From contig NW_018480040.1 in NCBI RefSeq assembly GCF_002113885.1, positions 124,001-188,000 of the forward strand: a stretch of 64,000 nt of DNA, in the 5' to 3' direction. This DNA comes from Mizuhopecten yessoensis. Lineage: Eukaryota. Below the pieces are notes generated by a model. That model was not told the origin of the DNA, did not search any database, and saw nothing but the letters and a program-made list of their open reading frames with translations. Positions 40,153 to 54,013 of the stretch are shown piece by piece. The translations under genes were made by a program, and so were the position numbers. Every line of letters starts with the position of its first letter. The stretch's first letter is position 1.

Positions 40153-40436
40153 GTTGTAGTCGACTGGTCATGTCAACCTTACTGATAAGCCTTTTATACT
40201 TGGTGTTTTACCCCCATTTTCTTATCTTATAACAAGTCCAAATACTCTCCCAAACATATACTTTATGTCGGTTAGATCTTGGATATATTCAGGGCCTTAA
40301 CGAAATATACAAAATATTAACCCTGCAGCAAATTTATGAAAAAATGGTAGCTAGAAATACAAATTAATGGCGTAACTATTTGAAAACGTTGTAAGACTAA
40401 GCAGAAAACAGACGGAAAAGAAATAAGATGTAGGTC

Positions 40437-41771
40437 ATTAGTAAGGCTTTTGACCGTGTTTGGCACCGTGGTCTCTTAACCAAACAACGGAGTTTTGGAA
40501 CTACTGGGAAATTGTTGTCATGATTTTCAAACTATCTTTCGGATCGTAATCAGCGAGTTGTCATCAATAATAAGTATTCGTCTTGGCAAAAAGACAATGC
40601 AGGCGTCCCACAAGGCTCTATATTAGGACCACTACTATTTCTAATTTTTATTAATGATATAGCCGACAAGATTCAATCAATTATTAATTTATTTGCCGAC
40701 GATACATTTGTATGCTACAGTTGATTTACCCACAGATAGTGCTGCTGTCTTGAATAGGGACTTGGGGAAAATATTTAATTGGTCCAAAAAAAAAAGAAAC
40801 TTTGATTTTGATTGTTAGTAAAAAAGCAAACAAATCAGTCCATCCTCCTATGACAATGAATGAGAATCTAGTACACGAAGTGAATGCACATAAACACTTG
40901 GGTGTATTTTTCTCATGTGATGGTGGGTGACAATGCCATATTGAATATATTGTTAAAAAGGCATCTGCTAAACCGATATCAGAGTATGGAGATATTGTTT
41001 GGGACAATCTGACCAACCTACATTTACAAAAGATAGAAAATATACAACTTGAAACTGCACAGGAGGCACCAAGCTCACTAGTCATGCAAACCTTTACAAA
41101 GAAACAGGATGGCAAACACTTGCTTGTAGGCGGAAACACCACAAAATCACACAATATCACAAAAAAGTACACAACATTACCCCACAATATCTTAGAAACA
41201 TTCTCCCAGAACGACATTCGCACATCCACCAACATAACACTAGAGACGCAAATTGATCTAGACCTGTACGTTGCAGAACAAACTTATATAAAAAATCTTT
41301 CCTAACTGCTTCTGTCAATCTATGGAACGTTTCTTACCTATTAAATTCATACAATAATTGTTCACTCATAAAAACCTCGGTTTTGTGTATAAGGGTGTGC
41401 GAGGGGGTGTGGTTGTGCGCGCGCCTGGGTTTTTCCCCATTTCAGTTGTGCCATATGCTATTGGTATTTTCGTAGCATCTTTGTAGTAGTACACAGCATA
41501 CATTTTTCCACTGTTATAAATCCGTTATGCCATCAGTGACATTTACATAGGTTAACGTTTGTACAATGGCAAATGCTATTCTTTCTTCTCTTCCTATTTC
41601 TTCTCCTCTTTCTTCTACTTCAAAGTCTCTATTATCCATTATCATTTCTGCTAAGGAAACAGATTGATATAAGTTTAATAACTTGTTTCCGGATCCTATT
41701 TCATGTATGTAATAATTAAATGTTCTGTATATTGTAATTGCAAATTTACGAAATAAAATATGGTTTATACT
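40437..41771 (+). mobile_element. 5'-truncated, degenerate CR1-group LINE (RT fragment and 3' UTR)
   Basis: ISKAFDRVWHRGLL, GVPQGSILGPLLFLIFIND, LFADDT, HKHLGV with stops and frameshifts; 3' end aataaaatatggtttatac; right arm only. Confidence 0.85.
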
Positions 41772-42634
41772 AAACGTTGAGGTGTCATATAGCTAGGTAA
41801 ACGGCAATTATGACGATGTATTTTGGCATTTTATCTCACCATTCGAGAATCATCTTTTCGTTTTAGCGAATGTGACTATGAAGTACGAGCAAATTTGATC
41901 CACATGTCTTAAGTACATTGTATGGTAAGTGGTCCTTTGTTCGCTGTCAATATCTGTTGAACCCTTCGAGCTAGTAACAGGGTACATTTAGATCCTTACA
42001 GAGAACATTAGACTATGAACCCTATCAAATACCTGTATATTAACTTATTTTAATTATACAGTATAACATGACCACTAGTGCTCTCAAGTCAAAGAATCGA
42101 TGTATCTTATTCTACCGTTGCAAGATGGGACTGATTTGGATCTCTTCCAGAATCAGGGGTTATTGTCTGTACTGGCTGCTTAAAGACTTACAAGAGCCTC
42201 AAGTATCTTGTGTTTAAGATTCACAAGTGGCTTACGTTTCAATTCTAAAGAACAAGTACCATGTTACCTTATAGGGGAACTTCAAGTTTGATAATGTGAG
42301 ATAATGTGCTTTGAAATTATTATAACTGTATCATTTTAATTAAATTTTCTTTTATTTGAATAAAACTTAAATTATTATTTCATTTTAAAATAGTATCATC
42401 AAAGCGTTACATGTTTAACTGGGAGGTTGTTTTTCTCACGTTTATAATAGTTTACTTTTACATTACATAAACATATATTTGCAACTTACGAGCTAATCTG
42501 CTTTGAATTTAAATAACGGCTTTTTTTTCTATTCTGATATAAAAATTGAAAAAAAAAAAATGAAATTTCAAGGTGAAAGTTAGCATACGGCAATAGTGTT
42601 TACTACTATCAAAACAATAAAATATATACGACAT

Positions 42635-42763
42635 CTGTCCGATAACGCAAAAAGCGACAATGACAATGCCCTGCATGCTTGATGTCCTATCAATGGAAGA
42701 GTTGTCAAAAATGCTGTTAAAATGAAATCCACGGACTAAACTTACTAAGCTTACGTCTATATA
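42635..42763 (-). pseudogene. B': truncated pseudogene of gene B (TATA and exon 1 only, 42676-42635)
   Basis: MQGIVIVAFCVIGQ with the donor changed GT>AT (cagATgtcg); left-arm 22332-26800, containing exons 2-4, is absent here. Confidence 0.88.
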
Positions 42764-43695
42764 TTATTCGGTGAAAAGACTAGGAGGCACTGTGAAGGGA
42801 TATTTTACGAAACACAAAATTAATTCACATCGGGAAGAGCGACTGGTCCGACGAAAGTATGTTTGCTGTCTTCCAATTATATGTAATTGAAATAGAAAGT
42901 TATTGTAACTCACATGATGCATTGTTCCCTTGCAGGTTAACCAATGACAACAAAACATAATCTTTATAATTTGCCAATGATCATTTGACGTGTTAACACT
43001 ACTCTGTCTTTCTATACGCCAAACCTGCTGTCTATTCTACCCACAATCATTTACCTGAGCCCAACGAAAAAGTCCATCAACATTTCTTTTTACGATGGAG
43101 CTTTCTGTACGTGATAATTGGTAATTTTGACTTTTACTATAACAAACAAATGTAATAATAGTATAATAGTAAGTATGGATAAATATGATATATTTTTATA
43201 CATATTAATCCAAATCTGTAGATTATATATTCTTTATTATGAAAATATAAATATTGATAAGATTTAATTACTAGTATATTTAAAAGATTATTTATCATTC
43301 TTATTTTTCAACAAATTTTTCAAAATTATTATTGATATTTTGATTTCTTTGTAAGAATTGCTCATATGCATCCATTGGTACATGTTTTAAAAATATAGTG
43401 TATAAAACAAATAATGCAACCAAATGTGTTACTGTATGGTGGCTTGATTTTTACGTTGCACATGTTTTTATTGTAACATAGTTCAAAACTGGATCCCCAC
43501 TTAACTTTTCAAAATCATAAGTCGACATCATAAATGGAATAAACAAAATACGTTAAATAGATTTTTCGATTTTTTGTCTTTAGTAAAAAAAAATTAAAAA
43601 AATTGGAAAGAATCGTTTTAAGATATGTAACATTGCAGTTTTTATATTACATCAAAATATCAAGTTAAAAAGGTACCAAAACTGTGTTATCCATA

Positions 43696-44675
43696 TGTTC
43701 GTGTTGTCTGACAGATATCAGTATCTGGATGAACGCCAACATGCTTAAACTTAATCAGGAAAAGACGGAACTAATCGTCTTTTCCCCAAAGTGTCAGCAA
43801 ACAATGGCTCTCCAGCTCAAGGTTGGTGCCAGAATTATTGAGACTGTTCCAGCTGTTAAAAACCTAGGGGTATACTTTGACAGTTCTCTGAACATGGAGA
43901 AACAAGTGAACGCTATTGCCAAATCCTGTTACTACCAGATCAGGAACATCGGCTGTATTCGGCAGTTTCTAACTGCAGATGCATGCAAGATTTTGGTGCA
44001 TTCACTTGTTACCTCTCGGTTGGATTATGGTAACGCCCTGCTCTGTGGTATATCTGACAAACTAACTAGTCGTCTGCAGAGGGTTCAGAACACTGCAGCA
44101 CGGCTAGTTACTCGTACTCGAAAGAGAGAGCACATCACACCTGCGCTTTATTCGTTGCACTGGTTACCTGTACGATACAGGTCGCAGTACAAAATTCTGG
44201 TATACACATACAAGGCACTGAATGGAACAGCTCCTCAGTACCTACAGGAACTTGTTACCCTGTATCAGCCGTCAAGATCACTGCGGTCGGAGTCAGAATC
44301 TTTGTTGTGTGTCCCAAAATCTCGTACTGTGACCTACGGAAACAGATGCTTTGGGAGGGTTTCGGCTACGTTGTGGAATAGCTTACCATCTGCTATTAGG
44401 AAGTCGAATACCCTGGCCAAGTTCAAGAGGGACAAAAAAAGTCACCTCTTCACGTCTGCATTTTAGAATCTTTGCAAAGTCGTCATGTAAATACCACCCT
44501 TTTATTTGTTCAATTATGTGCACATTGCTTGTTAAATGTATGAAAGTGATTGCAAGCCTTTGTTGTTTGTTTTCACAATTATAACCATTACTATATGTTG
44601 TAAAGCGCCTTAGAGTAATTTTACAAATTATATAGGGCGATATATAAATGCTGTATATTATTATTATTATTTATT
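43696..44675 (+). mobile_element. 5'-truncated L2-clade LINE, ORF2 C-terminus intact to stop 44466, with (TAT)n tail
   Basis: LKLNQEKTE, VKNLGVYFDSSL, LVTSRLDYGNALL, LQRVQNTAARLV, LHWLPV, LWNSLP; 3' gtaaagcgcc...atataaat...tattattat; the empty site is seen on the left arm at ~20460-20480. Confidence 0.92.
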
Positions 44676-45549
44676 ATTCGTCTTCTGCCTTAGATTCTAG
44701 ACAGTGTTATTCAGAGATAAGAAAAGACACGAACTGTTACTCTTCCCTTGAACTTTTATCATTGCTGTCTCATAATTGGAACAATGGATGATATTATAAT
44801 TATATACTATTATTTGTTTGAGATCATTGTACAAAATGCACTGAATAAACAAGAAGCATGGGTAAGACTAAGATTTTGATAAAGGGTTGTAGATGACCCT
44901 CCACACGAATTATAATTTCTATAAGACGTTTTCAGTATACAGCAAAGTGTTATGTAGCTGAATGCATTTTTAATAAAACACAAAATACGTTAAAACTAAC
45001 CAAACTTCTCTTCTTTCAGCAAAATCGTGCCATGTTTTTTTTATAAACCTGAAAGCATGTATGTAAAGTGAGTGATATAAGAAAGCCACGAACTTAAATT
45101 TCATAATGGTCAAGTGTCCTTGTAGTAGGTCATGGGAAGGGAAACGTGGTATGTTCTGGTATAATAAAGGGAAAGGCCCTCCCAACAAACATGGCTCAAA
45201 ATGACAATAGTAGTTTATTTTCTGTTTAGGCGTTAAGCCAATAATGTCAGTGTTTTTCTTGTCATTTTTCAATCTTTCTCAGACTTGACAAGCTGCATAA
45301 CCCAACCTGAATACAGAGATATTGTCGCCGTTTTATTTCACTTGCACCTCCTTACTGAAATAATTAAGGACTGTATATCACATTTCAAAAAGAAAATCTT
45401 AAACCACCTTGAAAAATGTTAATCAGATAAACGCAATTTGAAGCAAACCAGACATATGAGTAGAAATATATAACAATTCATATCATTTTTCAGAAATAAA
45501 GTAAAAAGCATATCTGTATTTCATAATAAATGTATCTATTTACAATTGC

Positions 45550-47850
45550 CTTGATTTCCCTCATAGAAAACATACTAACAGCAACTGTGTATACATGCCA
45601 ATAAAATGGGTCGAGAACGTGACCTAGCCGGTGACGTAACAATTGGCGTAGGAATACACGTACACAAGTCAAAGGTCACCCAGGCCCATTCATGTTTACA
45701 AACAAAAACCACGTGTTGGTATCATCGGCCAAACGAGACATCTAAATAATGTTAATAAAGGGTTTTTTATTATTTGTTTTCTAGACTCTAAAGATGATAC
45801 TTATTAAAAACAAAATTTTAAACAAGAAATTAATAACATATGACGAGAAATCTGTGTATTGAGGGTCGTCTGCTTAACTTGGACACCTGCCAGTTTCACA
45901 TGTCGGTAACGCATTGACTGAATGATGGCTGGTGCATTTGGTAATTTCATAGTTTCTCTACCAGGGGAATATAATGTTGTAAAGGACTTGTTAGACTTCG
46001 ATTTTGGAGACGACTTTGACACCTTTTTATCAACACTCCAAGCCTCGGACATGATGCCAATTGTAGGTCCTTAGGTTTTGAATATTGAAGCCATTGGTGG
46101 ACTCCCCCCACCGGAGACTCCTTCCTCCCCAAAACCCATTGGAAAAAATGGCACGGAATCAGGTTCACCGCCATCAAAAAAAAAAGGTTCAAGAAGGTTT
46201 CAGCAGATGCTATGAGGAGATTTGAGGACATGTATCAGTCAGATGCGACAAAGAGAAACATAAAATGGGGCATAATGATTCTTAAAGGTAAACAATAGAC
46301 AGACATGAATCATAAACTAACCGGTAAATATATGAATATACAACTCTTGTAAATGACATGGTGCTATCATACAGTAGATCTACTACACGTCAGATTGAGT
46401 AACACAACACAACACTACCATTGAAATGCAGATAAATTAATACAAAATATCTGTCAAGTCATTGCCATTATTGATTGCGTAATGAATTATCAGTTTGTAA
46501 CCGTTGGTTGTATTTAAATTGTAGATTGGCACAGGGAAGCATATTGCTCCGATGTCAGCATGTTGACCATCACAGCTGACGGGTTGGCCCACAAACTCAC
46601 TAATTTTATTATGAAGCAAAACCAAAAGAGAAACCATCTGATAGTGCTACCAAGCCTTCTGCGAACAATAACGAACATCATACAAACAGTTTAAAAAATA
46701 TACGGGCAGCAATAAATAGACACCTCGAAGATCTAGGTCGAAATATTGACATTGTCAATGATCGGGAGTTTTTAAAAATCATGCAACAAAACCTTAAAGG
46801 AACTTCTGAAAGACCGTATGAGTCGCGGTCAAAACAGCGCAAAGAAATAATTACTCAGAACGATTTCAAGAAAATTGATGCTTACCTTGAAACTGCGAAC
46901 AAATCTCCAATCGGCCTCCGTTTAGCAATTTGGTTTATGACCTCCATTCATTTTTGAGTCGAGGATTGGAATTCCATTTCCAATTAAACATCGATTCATT
47001 TGTCTTCAAACATGACGAGAACGGTGTTGAATGTGCATGTCTGACCAGGCAGAAAAACTGGCAGTGCGGTCTTTACAATAACGAGCCAATGGCCGAAAAA
47101 CGTATGTACTTTACTGGCACATCGTTGTATCCCGTCAGACTGTTGAAAGAATATATCAATAAAACTGATGACAAAGCTACACGTCTGTTCAACACGTGCG
47201 TGAAGGAAGCCTTGAATTCGCCGTTGAACTGAAAAACGTGGTATACTAATAAAGCCCTTGGTAAATCTACCTTCACCAACTTCCTCCCGGACATCTGTAA
47301 ACAGGCAGGCTTTTCAAAAAGCTATACCGCCCACTGTTTACGAGCATCGTTTATCCAACGCATGTCTGATGCGGGCTTCGAAGCAATAACATTTTTGTTC
47401 ATGTAGAGATTGCTCCACTGCCCAGAAACGGTCCATTAGTGCTACACTGACATCCATGAACTCAGGCCTCGACACCTCTGTCTCGGCAATTGACACAAAT
47501 CCTATGCCTGTTGTCGAAAATAATTCGACAGTAACACGTCCAAATTTACCATCATTTCTCTCCTCAAATGTGCAATCGACGTCAGGGATGCTTACAAACT
47601 CGAGTTTTGCAAATTGCACGTTTAACATTAAAATGTAGGCTCGTTTCATGTCCCACCTCGTCGGCGAAGCTGCATCACAGTAAAACTGATATTCTACATC
47701 CGCGTCTTGTTAAGTTTTGTGTGTTTGTACATGTTGCGTAGAAACAATTGGATTTTTTTAATAAAGATATTATTTTAGCACACAAACTGTTACATTTTTT
47801 GGATGCATATTTTTCAAACAATTAAATTAAAGAGTTGCAATAGAAGAACT
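45550..47850 (+). mobile_element. Degenerate Crypton (tyrosine-recombinase transposon)
   Basis: KNIRAAINRHLEDLGRNIDIVNDREF, FLSRGLEFH, WYTNKALGKSTFTNFLPDICKQAGFSKSYTAHCLRAS (H-x-L-R motif); frameshifted; absent from the left arm. Boundaries approximate. Confidence 0.8.
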
Positions 47851-49925
47851 ACTTTGTTTTGTTTCGAAGGGGGAAATGTGGATTAGTATAAACAAAAAGC
47901 ATTGGTGAGTTGAACACGCCATGTAGTGTATAGACTGGACACAATAACAAAACATGAGGCTTGTAGAATACTTATAACTGACAAAAAATACAGCAGTTGG
48001 TGAAACAAAAGAATAATTATGGCACCGAAGGAGTAGTCATCATTCGGTAGTGCACGAGCATGTTTCTTAAATTGTCTATTTAATATAACACAGAGCATTA
48101 TAATCAAAGGAGGGTGATAGTTTGTTCGTGTGTATACATTCAGGTAGTCATGGTCGTCAAATTTGTCAGAGATACTGGTAACGAGGTGGGCACCATTGCG
48201 ATACCGTAGGCAAATGTAAAGATATGAATCTGACAACGCCGAGAAGACAGTGTTTTATTGACATTCATATCTTTATGTCTTTGTCTTTCCATTTTTATAC
48301 CCCGAAACGAACTTGCTTTTGATACGTTTCTTCTTATTATTGTACCTCCGTCAAACGCTTTCTAAATGGGTTTGTTTTTCTTTAGAAAATACGTGCCTGG
48401 TACTTATGAAGGGTATGTGAACAATGATGGGCGTGTCCTGTATAACGTGCTACATTTTCCTGATCGGTCATCAAACATGGCCTCTATTGCTTCTGATTGG
48501 TTAACACATCTATGAGTGAAAAACAAGGTGGTGCGTTTTGTCCATCTCTATGTCTGATTATGCTCAAAACTTAGTATGTAGTTATAATTAATTTCTTTCT
48601 GGCGCTTCAGTTTCAAGTAAAGGCTTGTTCGGGGGACTAACAGAATTGTCCCTGGTGTAATAAAGAAGTGTTTTCAATGTTAAGCCACGTGAACAGTAAT
48701 GTATATGGAGCAAATTTATTGGGTATGTTCAGCAATATTATTCCGTTAAGGAACCTCTGTTCTCATTGCTGTCTTTCATACTGACCTTTTAATTCGGTTT
48801 TTGATTGATACATTGTAAATCTGTTTCATTTTCTAACATTTAGTTTTGAAAACAATGTGATGAAACACTTTCGCTTGTTATAAGCAGCTTTCTTCAATTT
48901 GATATTCTTTTGTCGACTCTCTCTCTCTCTCTTTGTAAATAAGAGATAGCGCTGTTATCTTATTTGATTTATTGATTTATCGGGTGACAACAGTTGTTAT
49001 TTAATAGGCAAACCAATCTTAACAGAAGCAATACAATTTTCATCAATATTTTCGTAACCCTACGAATATTTATATCTGTAAACATCAGTTAAAAACCGGC
49101 TATTGTTTTTCAGAAGTTTTTTACTGGGTGTTGTGGGGGGTAGGTATTTGTTAACTGAGTCCGATACTAAAGGAATTATTCGAAGGATGGTTTCCGAATG
49201 TTTAGCGTTCACTTAAAAGGACTCTATCTTTTTATATAAGTTTCTACATATTGTCATAATAAGATGAACTTAAAAACATTTTAGAATCAAGTAGAAATTA
49301 AATATAACGATAACGGGGATATTATTCCTGACATAAACCCAAAGGAAAACATTAATGTCACATAAAGAAGATGACAAGAATTATGTCGACAAATATGCTG
49401 GACGTTTGGGATGCTTTGCAAAGGAATTAGTACTCACTGGATTAATCGTTTTGCAAATTACTTAGTACACCTACCAGATTTGTAACAGTGACCAAAACTA
49501 GGGAATGCTGCACAAGAAAGTATTAGTATACGATTAGTCGAGGACATACCAGGTATTGGTGAAATTCAATACTAATCGCACGAACTCGATCTATTTTATT
49601 ACTCATACTGATGACATAGTTGTTAATAAAATGTGTCCTTAATGTTTAAACAAAACAATAAGTTATCAATTTTTCATCAGAGCTGTATATATTGACAATA
49701 AATAAACCATATGGCTAACTGGATCCTATTTTGTTGAGTCGAGATTACACTCAAAGCAAACTCCATAGGATAATTATAATCCGTGAAGTGTTTGAAATAT
49801 GTACAATATTTTTACCTGTATTATGTTTCAGTGTGTTTATGTAACTTCAATTCGATTTCCAATATGTTTGCTGAATAAGAGAGTAATAATAAAATACTTC
49901 ATTGAAAAACCTGTTTCTAATTTAT

Positions 49926-52482
49926 TCACACAATTGTACTTTTGGTAGTGCTATGATGAATCCTTTTCAAGACAAGTATGTCATGTCCTGCGCAAAAGTG
50001 TTCAACATCCCTACTTAATGTCTTAGCATCTTCATGGGTCATTTGGGTATGCATGCCAGCGGCTACGAGGTACATCAAGATACTCTGAAAATAAAAAGTC
50101 AGTCAGTTTCTTTTTTCAGGCTTTACCGCCCCTCAACACAAGAATGTCAGTTTTGGCCTTCAACTTCAAACAGAAATTCAAATGACACCAATTGGTAAAT
50201 GTTGTATCAATAGATATATATATTCTACAAGTAGTGTAAACAGTATTTTATATTATAGAGGCTTATATTTTGTATGAACCTAATGATATCTAGTTGTCAC
50301 AGGGACTTGTCCAAAAAGTTCATAGAAATTTTGTACATTGAAACATATGTCACATAACTGTTGAAGATCACTTCCACGTGATCATAATATGGTTAACAGT
50401 GAACATAGTATTACAAGCGAAACAATATGGTGGGTCTGGCAAATGTTCATTTATGGACTTGTACATGACACAGGCCATTACATTTTCACTCTATGTTTGA
50501 TAAAGCTATTGTCAGTTGATGAAGGTATATGCTGTACTTCTACTTACTTCGAATTTTATAAGTCCATCTGCAGTATGTATTAATGGCTGTTGCGATGACG
50601 TGACGCCATGGAGGTAACAGTAATGCCCAAGCTTCATAGCCAGTTGATGCTATGGAAAAAGAAATTCATGTATACAGGTTAGTGTATATCAAAACGATGA
50701 ACCTAAAATTCACACATTGGACTGCTCCTGTACAATTTGATAATGCATGTAGATAAAGTATGCTAAAAACGAATAACACTGTACTTCACAGCTGTTCCGT
50801 CCTTCTAGGACTCACCGGTGATACTAGGGACCGAAATTATAGAAAAACCATTTTTTTTTTTTTTTTAAATGTATCATTTTTTTTTTAAATTTTCTTAACG
50901 GGTACATACCGTCGGAGCGTCATAAAAAAACAAAGCCTGGTCGAACTCGTTTGCATCGTTGACATTATGATGACGAATGGTGGTTGATGGCATTGGTTCT
51001 TGTGTTGTTAGCAGATCTAGAAATGATGGTGTTACTGTTTCTTGCAATACAGTAAATCCAGATATCTGTAAAAAAAAAACACACACACACAAATTACACA
51101 AAAGAATGATTTATTTACCGCACACCAAGTGCTCCCTTTATAAAGGTTGTGGTAATATTCTGGGAGCATATCATATGCAACCACTGTCTCAGCCAAATTT
51201 CATAAGTATTATAAAGTTCTTACTGTATATTGCACGAATAAATAAGTATTTTTTCATTATACACGCATTTAACCAATTAAACCCTAACACAAATCAAGTA
51301 ATACGATAAATATATGTGTCAGATCAGTAAAAATTAAAGCAGGCTTGATTATATAGAAATGGGTCAAGTATTCATAAAAATATCATGGTTGATGTTATTT
51401 GCAAAGACCATTCTATTCATTTTTGTTTACAAAAGAACTTTAACATAACTAGTTTTATTTAATTAGTAAAGAAATTAAAAATGAATATAGGTATTTAAAA
51501 CCCGCGAAAGGTAAGTCATTCAACACTATCTAAACACCTCTTTTTAACCAAAACCAATAAACTATAAAAAAACAAATACTGTTTCATTATCAAAAATAAT
51601 AATTACACATTTAAGGATAAACGTTCGATGATTGATGTTTTTATCCTAGTCATTAGAAAAAATCATCGTAATAAAACCGATATCTTTCTCACTGCTCAAT
51701 ATTCGTTTTTTGGTTTACGCCAATCAAAACTTCTAATCCCCACTGCATCAGAAGCACAGGGTTTTTGAAACACATGTAGGTGAGGCGACTGAGAAATTAT
51801 TAGTTCTGTATGTACGTCTTTGCTTTAAACACCAGTATATTTTTTCTTACTCTAATATTGATCATTTTGCAAAAAAGATTTCACCATATTTTAGAAGAAA
51901 ATTGTATGACTGTTTGTATATAGTAGACTATTTGAAATAGTGAGCAATCTTGTTGTCAGACGTGATCGCATTCTATGAATATAGCGCCAAAGATAAGCTA
52001 TTACTGTATATCTCAAACTGTCTAGATTCACTAAGGAGGTTGTCGTTCTAGAGAGTTTAAAAGATCACGTGTATAGTAGGGTATACCAAAATGTTCACTC
52101 ATGCGATGTACCCACTGGAAATATTGGTAATCTACCATACTCATGAAATGCATATAGTATTAAGCTGATAATAAACAAAATTCCTCTATGTAATAAATAG
52201 AAATAAACACTAAATCCAATAAGATCATATTTAAAACAAAAAACAATACAACTTATTTTAAAAGGTAATTAAGTTTGTTAAACAAAGTTTTAAAATACCA
52301 CGGTGTTAACACATATGGCCCAATTTGAAACAAGCACACATCCAATATACTAAGGACAACATGAGCCCCTATATTACAAATGAAAGATGTAAAGTGCACC
52401 TTGTGTATATTTTCATCGGAGTGCGTTAATAACATACCTGCCCAATCAGGCACACGGCGATAGCTAACGACCAGTTCATCAT
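49926..52482 (-). CDS. Gene A': secreted BRICHOS-like protein, 152-153 aa, inverted duplicate of A; exons 52482-52438, 51065-50910, 50649-50548, 50084-49926
   Basis: (M)MNWSLAIAVCLIGQ|ISGFTVLQETVTPSFLDLLTTQEPMPSTTIRHHNVNDANEFDQALFFYDAPT|HQLAMKLGHYCYLHGVTSSQQPLIHTADGLIKFE|SILMYLVAAGMHTQMTHEDAKTLSRDVEHFCAGHDILVLKRIHHSTTKSTIV*; splice sites intact; AATAAA at the stop. Confidence 0.9.
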
Positions 52483-53469
52483 GTAGAAGTGAAATGTCAA
52501 GAGTGACACAGTTCCATTCACATACGATATATAACTGGAGACAGAGAGGAACCAAAGGGGCGGTCGATACATAACATTCTACGTTATAAGCTTTTAAAAC
52601 TTTTATCTTAACATTCAAATTTTGAAATACAAATTTTATCACCTGATTTTTTAAATGACAAAATCCGTAAAATGTGTAAGATGTTAACATGTTAACATGT
52701 TTACAATGCTCCATACGTCCATTACCTATGACTGCCTGTTGAGTCAAACGAGTGCAAGATGACCAATAATGTTGTCATACATCATGTATCGACTACATAC
52801 TTTGTTTTTTTATGCAAATAATTTATCACTTCGCATTTCTAGTGACGATTCCTACTTGCATACAGCTGAACTATGTATTCAGTTTTGGCAGCGTGACATG
52901 GAATACTTGTTTGACAATGTATTATTCTTTTGTGGCCAAAATTGTTAAGGAAGGGTGCCATTGAAAGCATTCTGGTGGCTTTCATCGATCAGATATATTT
53001 CGTATAAATGTACATTGATCTTATGCGCGTCACGTAATAGTATGATCAAGGTCAACTTGGAAAGACCAGAGGCTCAAGTGGGGGATTAAAATCACAAATG
53101 GCCTCATTTGGACAAAATTATATATTAGTTTATCTTTCTCTGTATCTGTAATATAATGAATTGTGCAACACTGAATATAACAGCAGGCATATTGACACAA
53201 GGGCTCGCACGTTTTGGCGACATCGTGTAAGTTTTTGCAATGCTAAGGAATTAGTTACTATTTACAGACAGAGTTGATAGACCCGATGTTGTTCGGTCAA
53301 CTCCCTTTCCTTATCGGATCAGCACTTGTCACACTGTTGCATAGTCAGCATTGTTAACTTTACGTTAAATATAAAAAATAATATAAGGTCTATGCCCCAC
53401 AAGGTTTTTTCTGGTTTTCACAAATATGTTTTGTTTTTTTTTATTTTTGGTCAGAAATACCTTGAATTC

Positions 53470-54013
53470 AGATTTATTTCTCTTACACTGGACAGATTTA
53501 TCCTTACTTTTACCGGTGTGAGATTTCCTTGTCTCGACCTAGGGTTGAGACAAGCTACACGTGCTCTTTGCACGTTCTCCACAATAAACCCGATGCCACT
53601 GATGTGACCCGGAAGAAGAACTACTTTTATGTGGTCACACACATACACAAGTTCGTCTGCTTATCTTGTCGTGTTTATACTTGACATCAAAGAAGATTGG
53701 ATTGATTTTAAAATGTTTAAAATATGATGCGTGAACCGTCTGACGCATACATATAATACTAATACGCTATCCACGTGTTCCTGTTTACAAACAATATGCT
53801 TCGTCTTACACTTGGACAGGAACAACAGGGTAAGAGAAAAATAATCATTCACCCCTTCGGGAATGAGATAGGGGGATCTCAACCCTCGGGGGGGGGAAGA
53901 TTCTTAAGTTGCCAAACACTCGGCGAAGCCTTGTGTTTGGCAAATTTGGCAAATCTTCCCCCCTCGTGTTGAGATCCCCCTATCTCACCCCCAAGGGGAT
54001 GAAAGATTTTATT
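53470..54013. mobile_element. Right-arm-specific non-autonomous element with a terminal ~170-bp hairpin (53841-54013), Crypton-N-like
   Basis: gagatagggggatctcaac...ggcgaagcc apex...gttgagatccccctatctc; absent from the left arm near 11590. Confidence 0.6.

Noticed and set aside
43684-44466. 260-aa ORF as a host gene
   Set aside because: It is the C-terminus of an L2 LINE ORF2, 5'-truncated and absent from the other arm.
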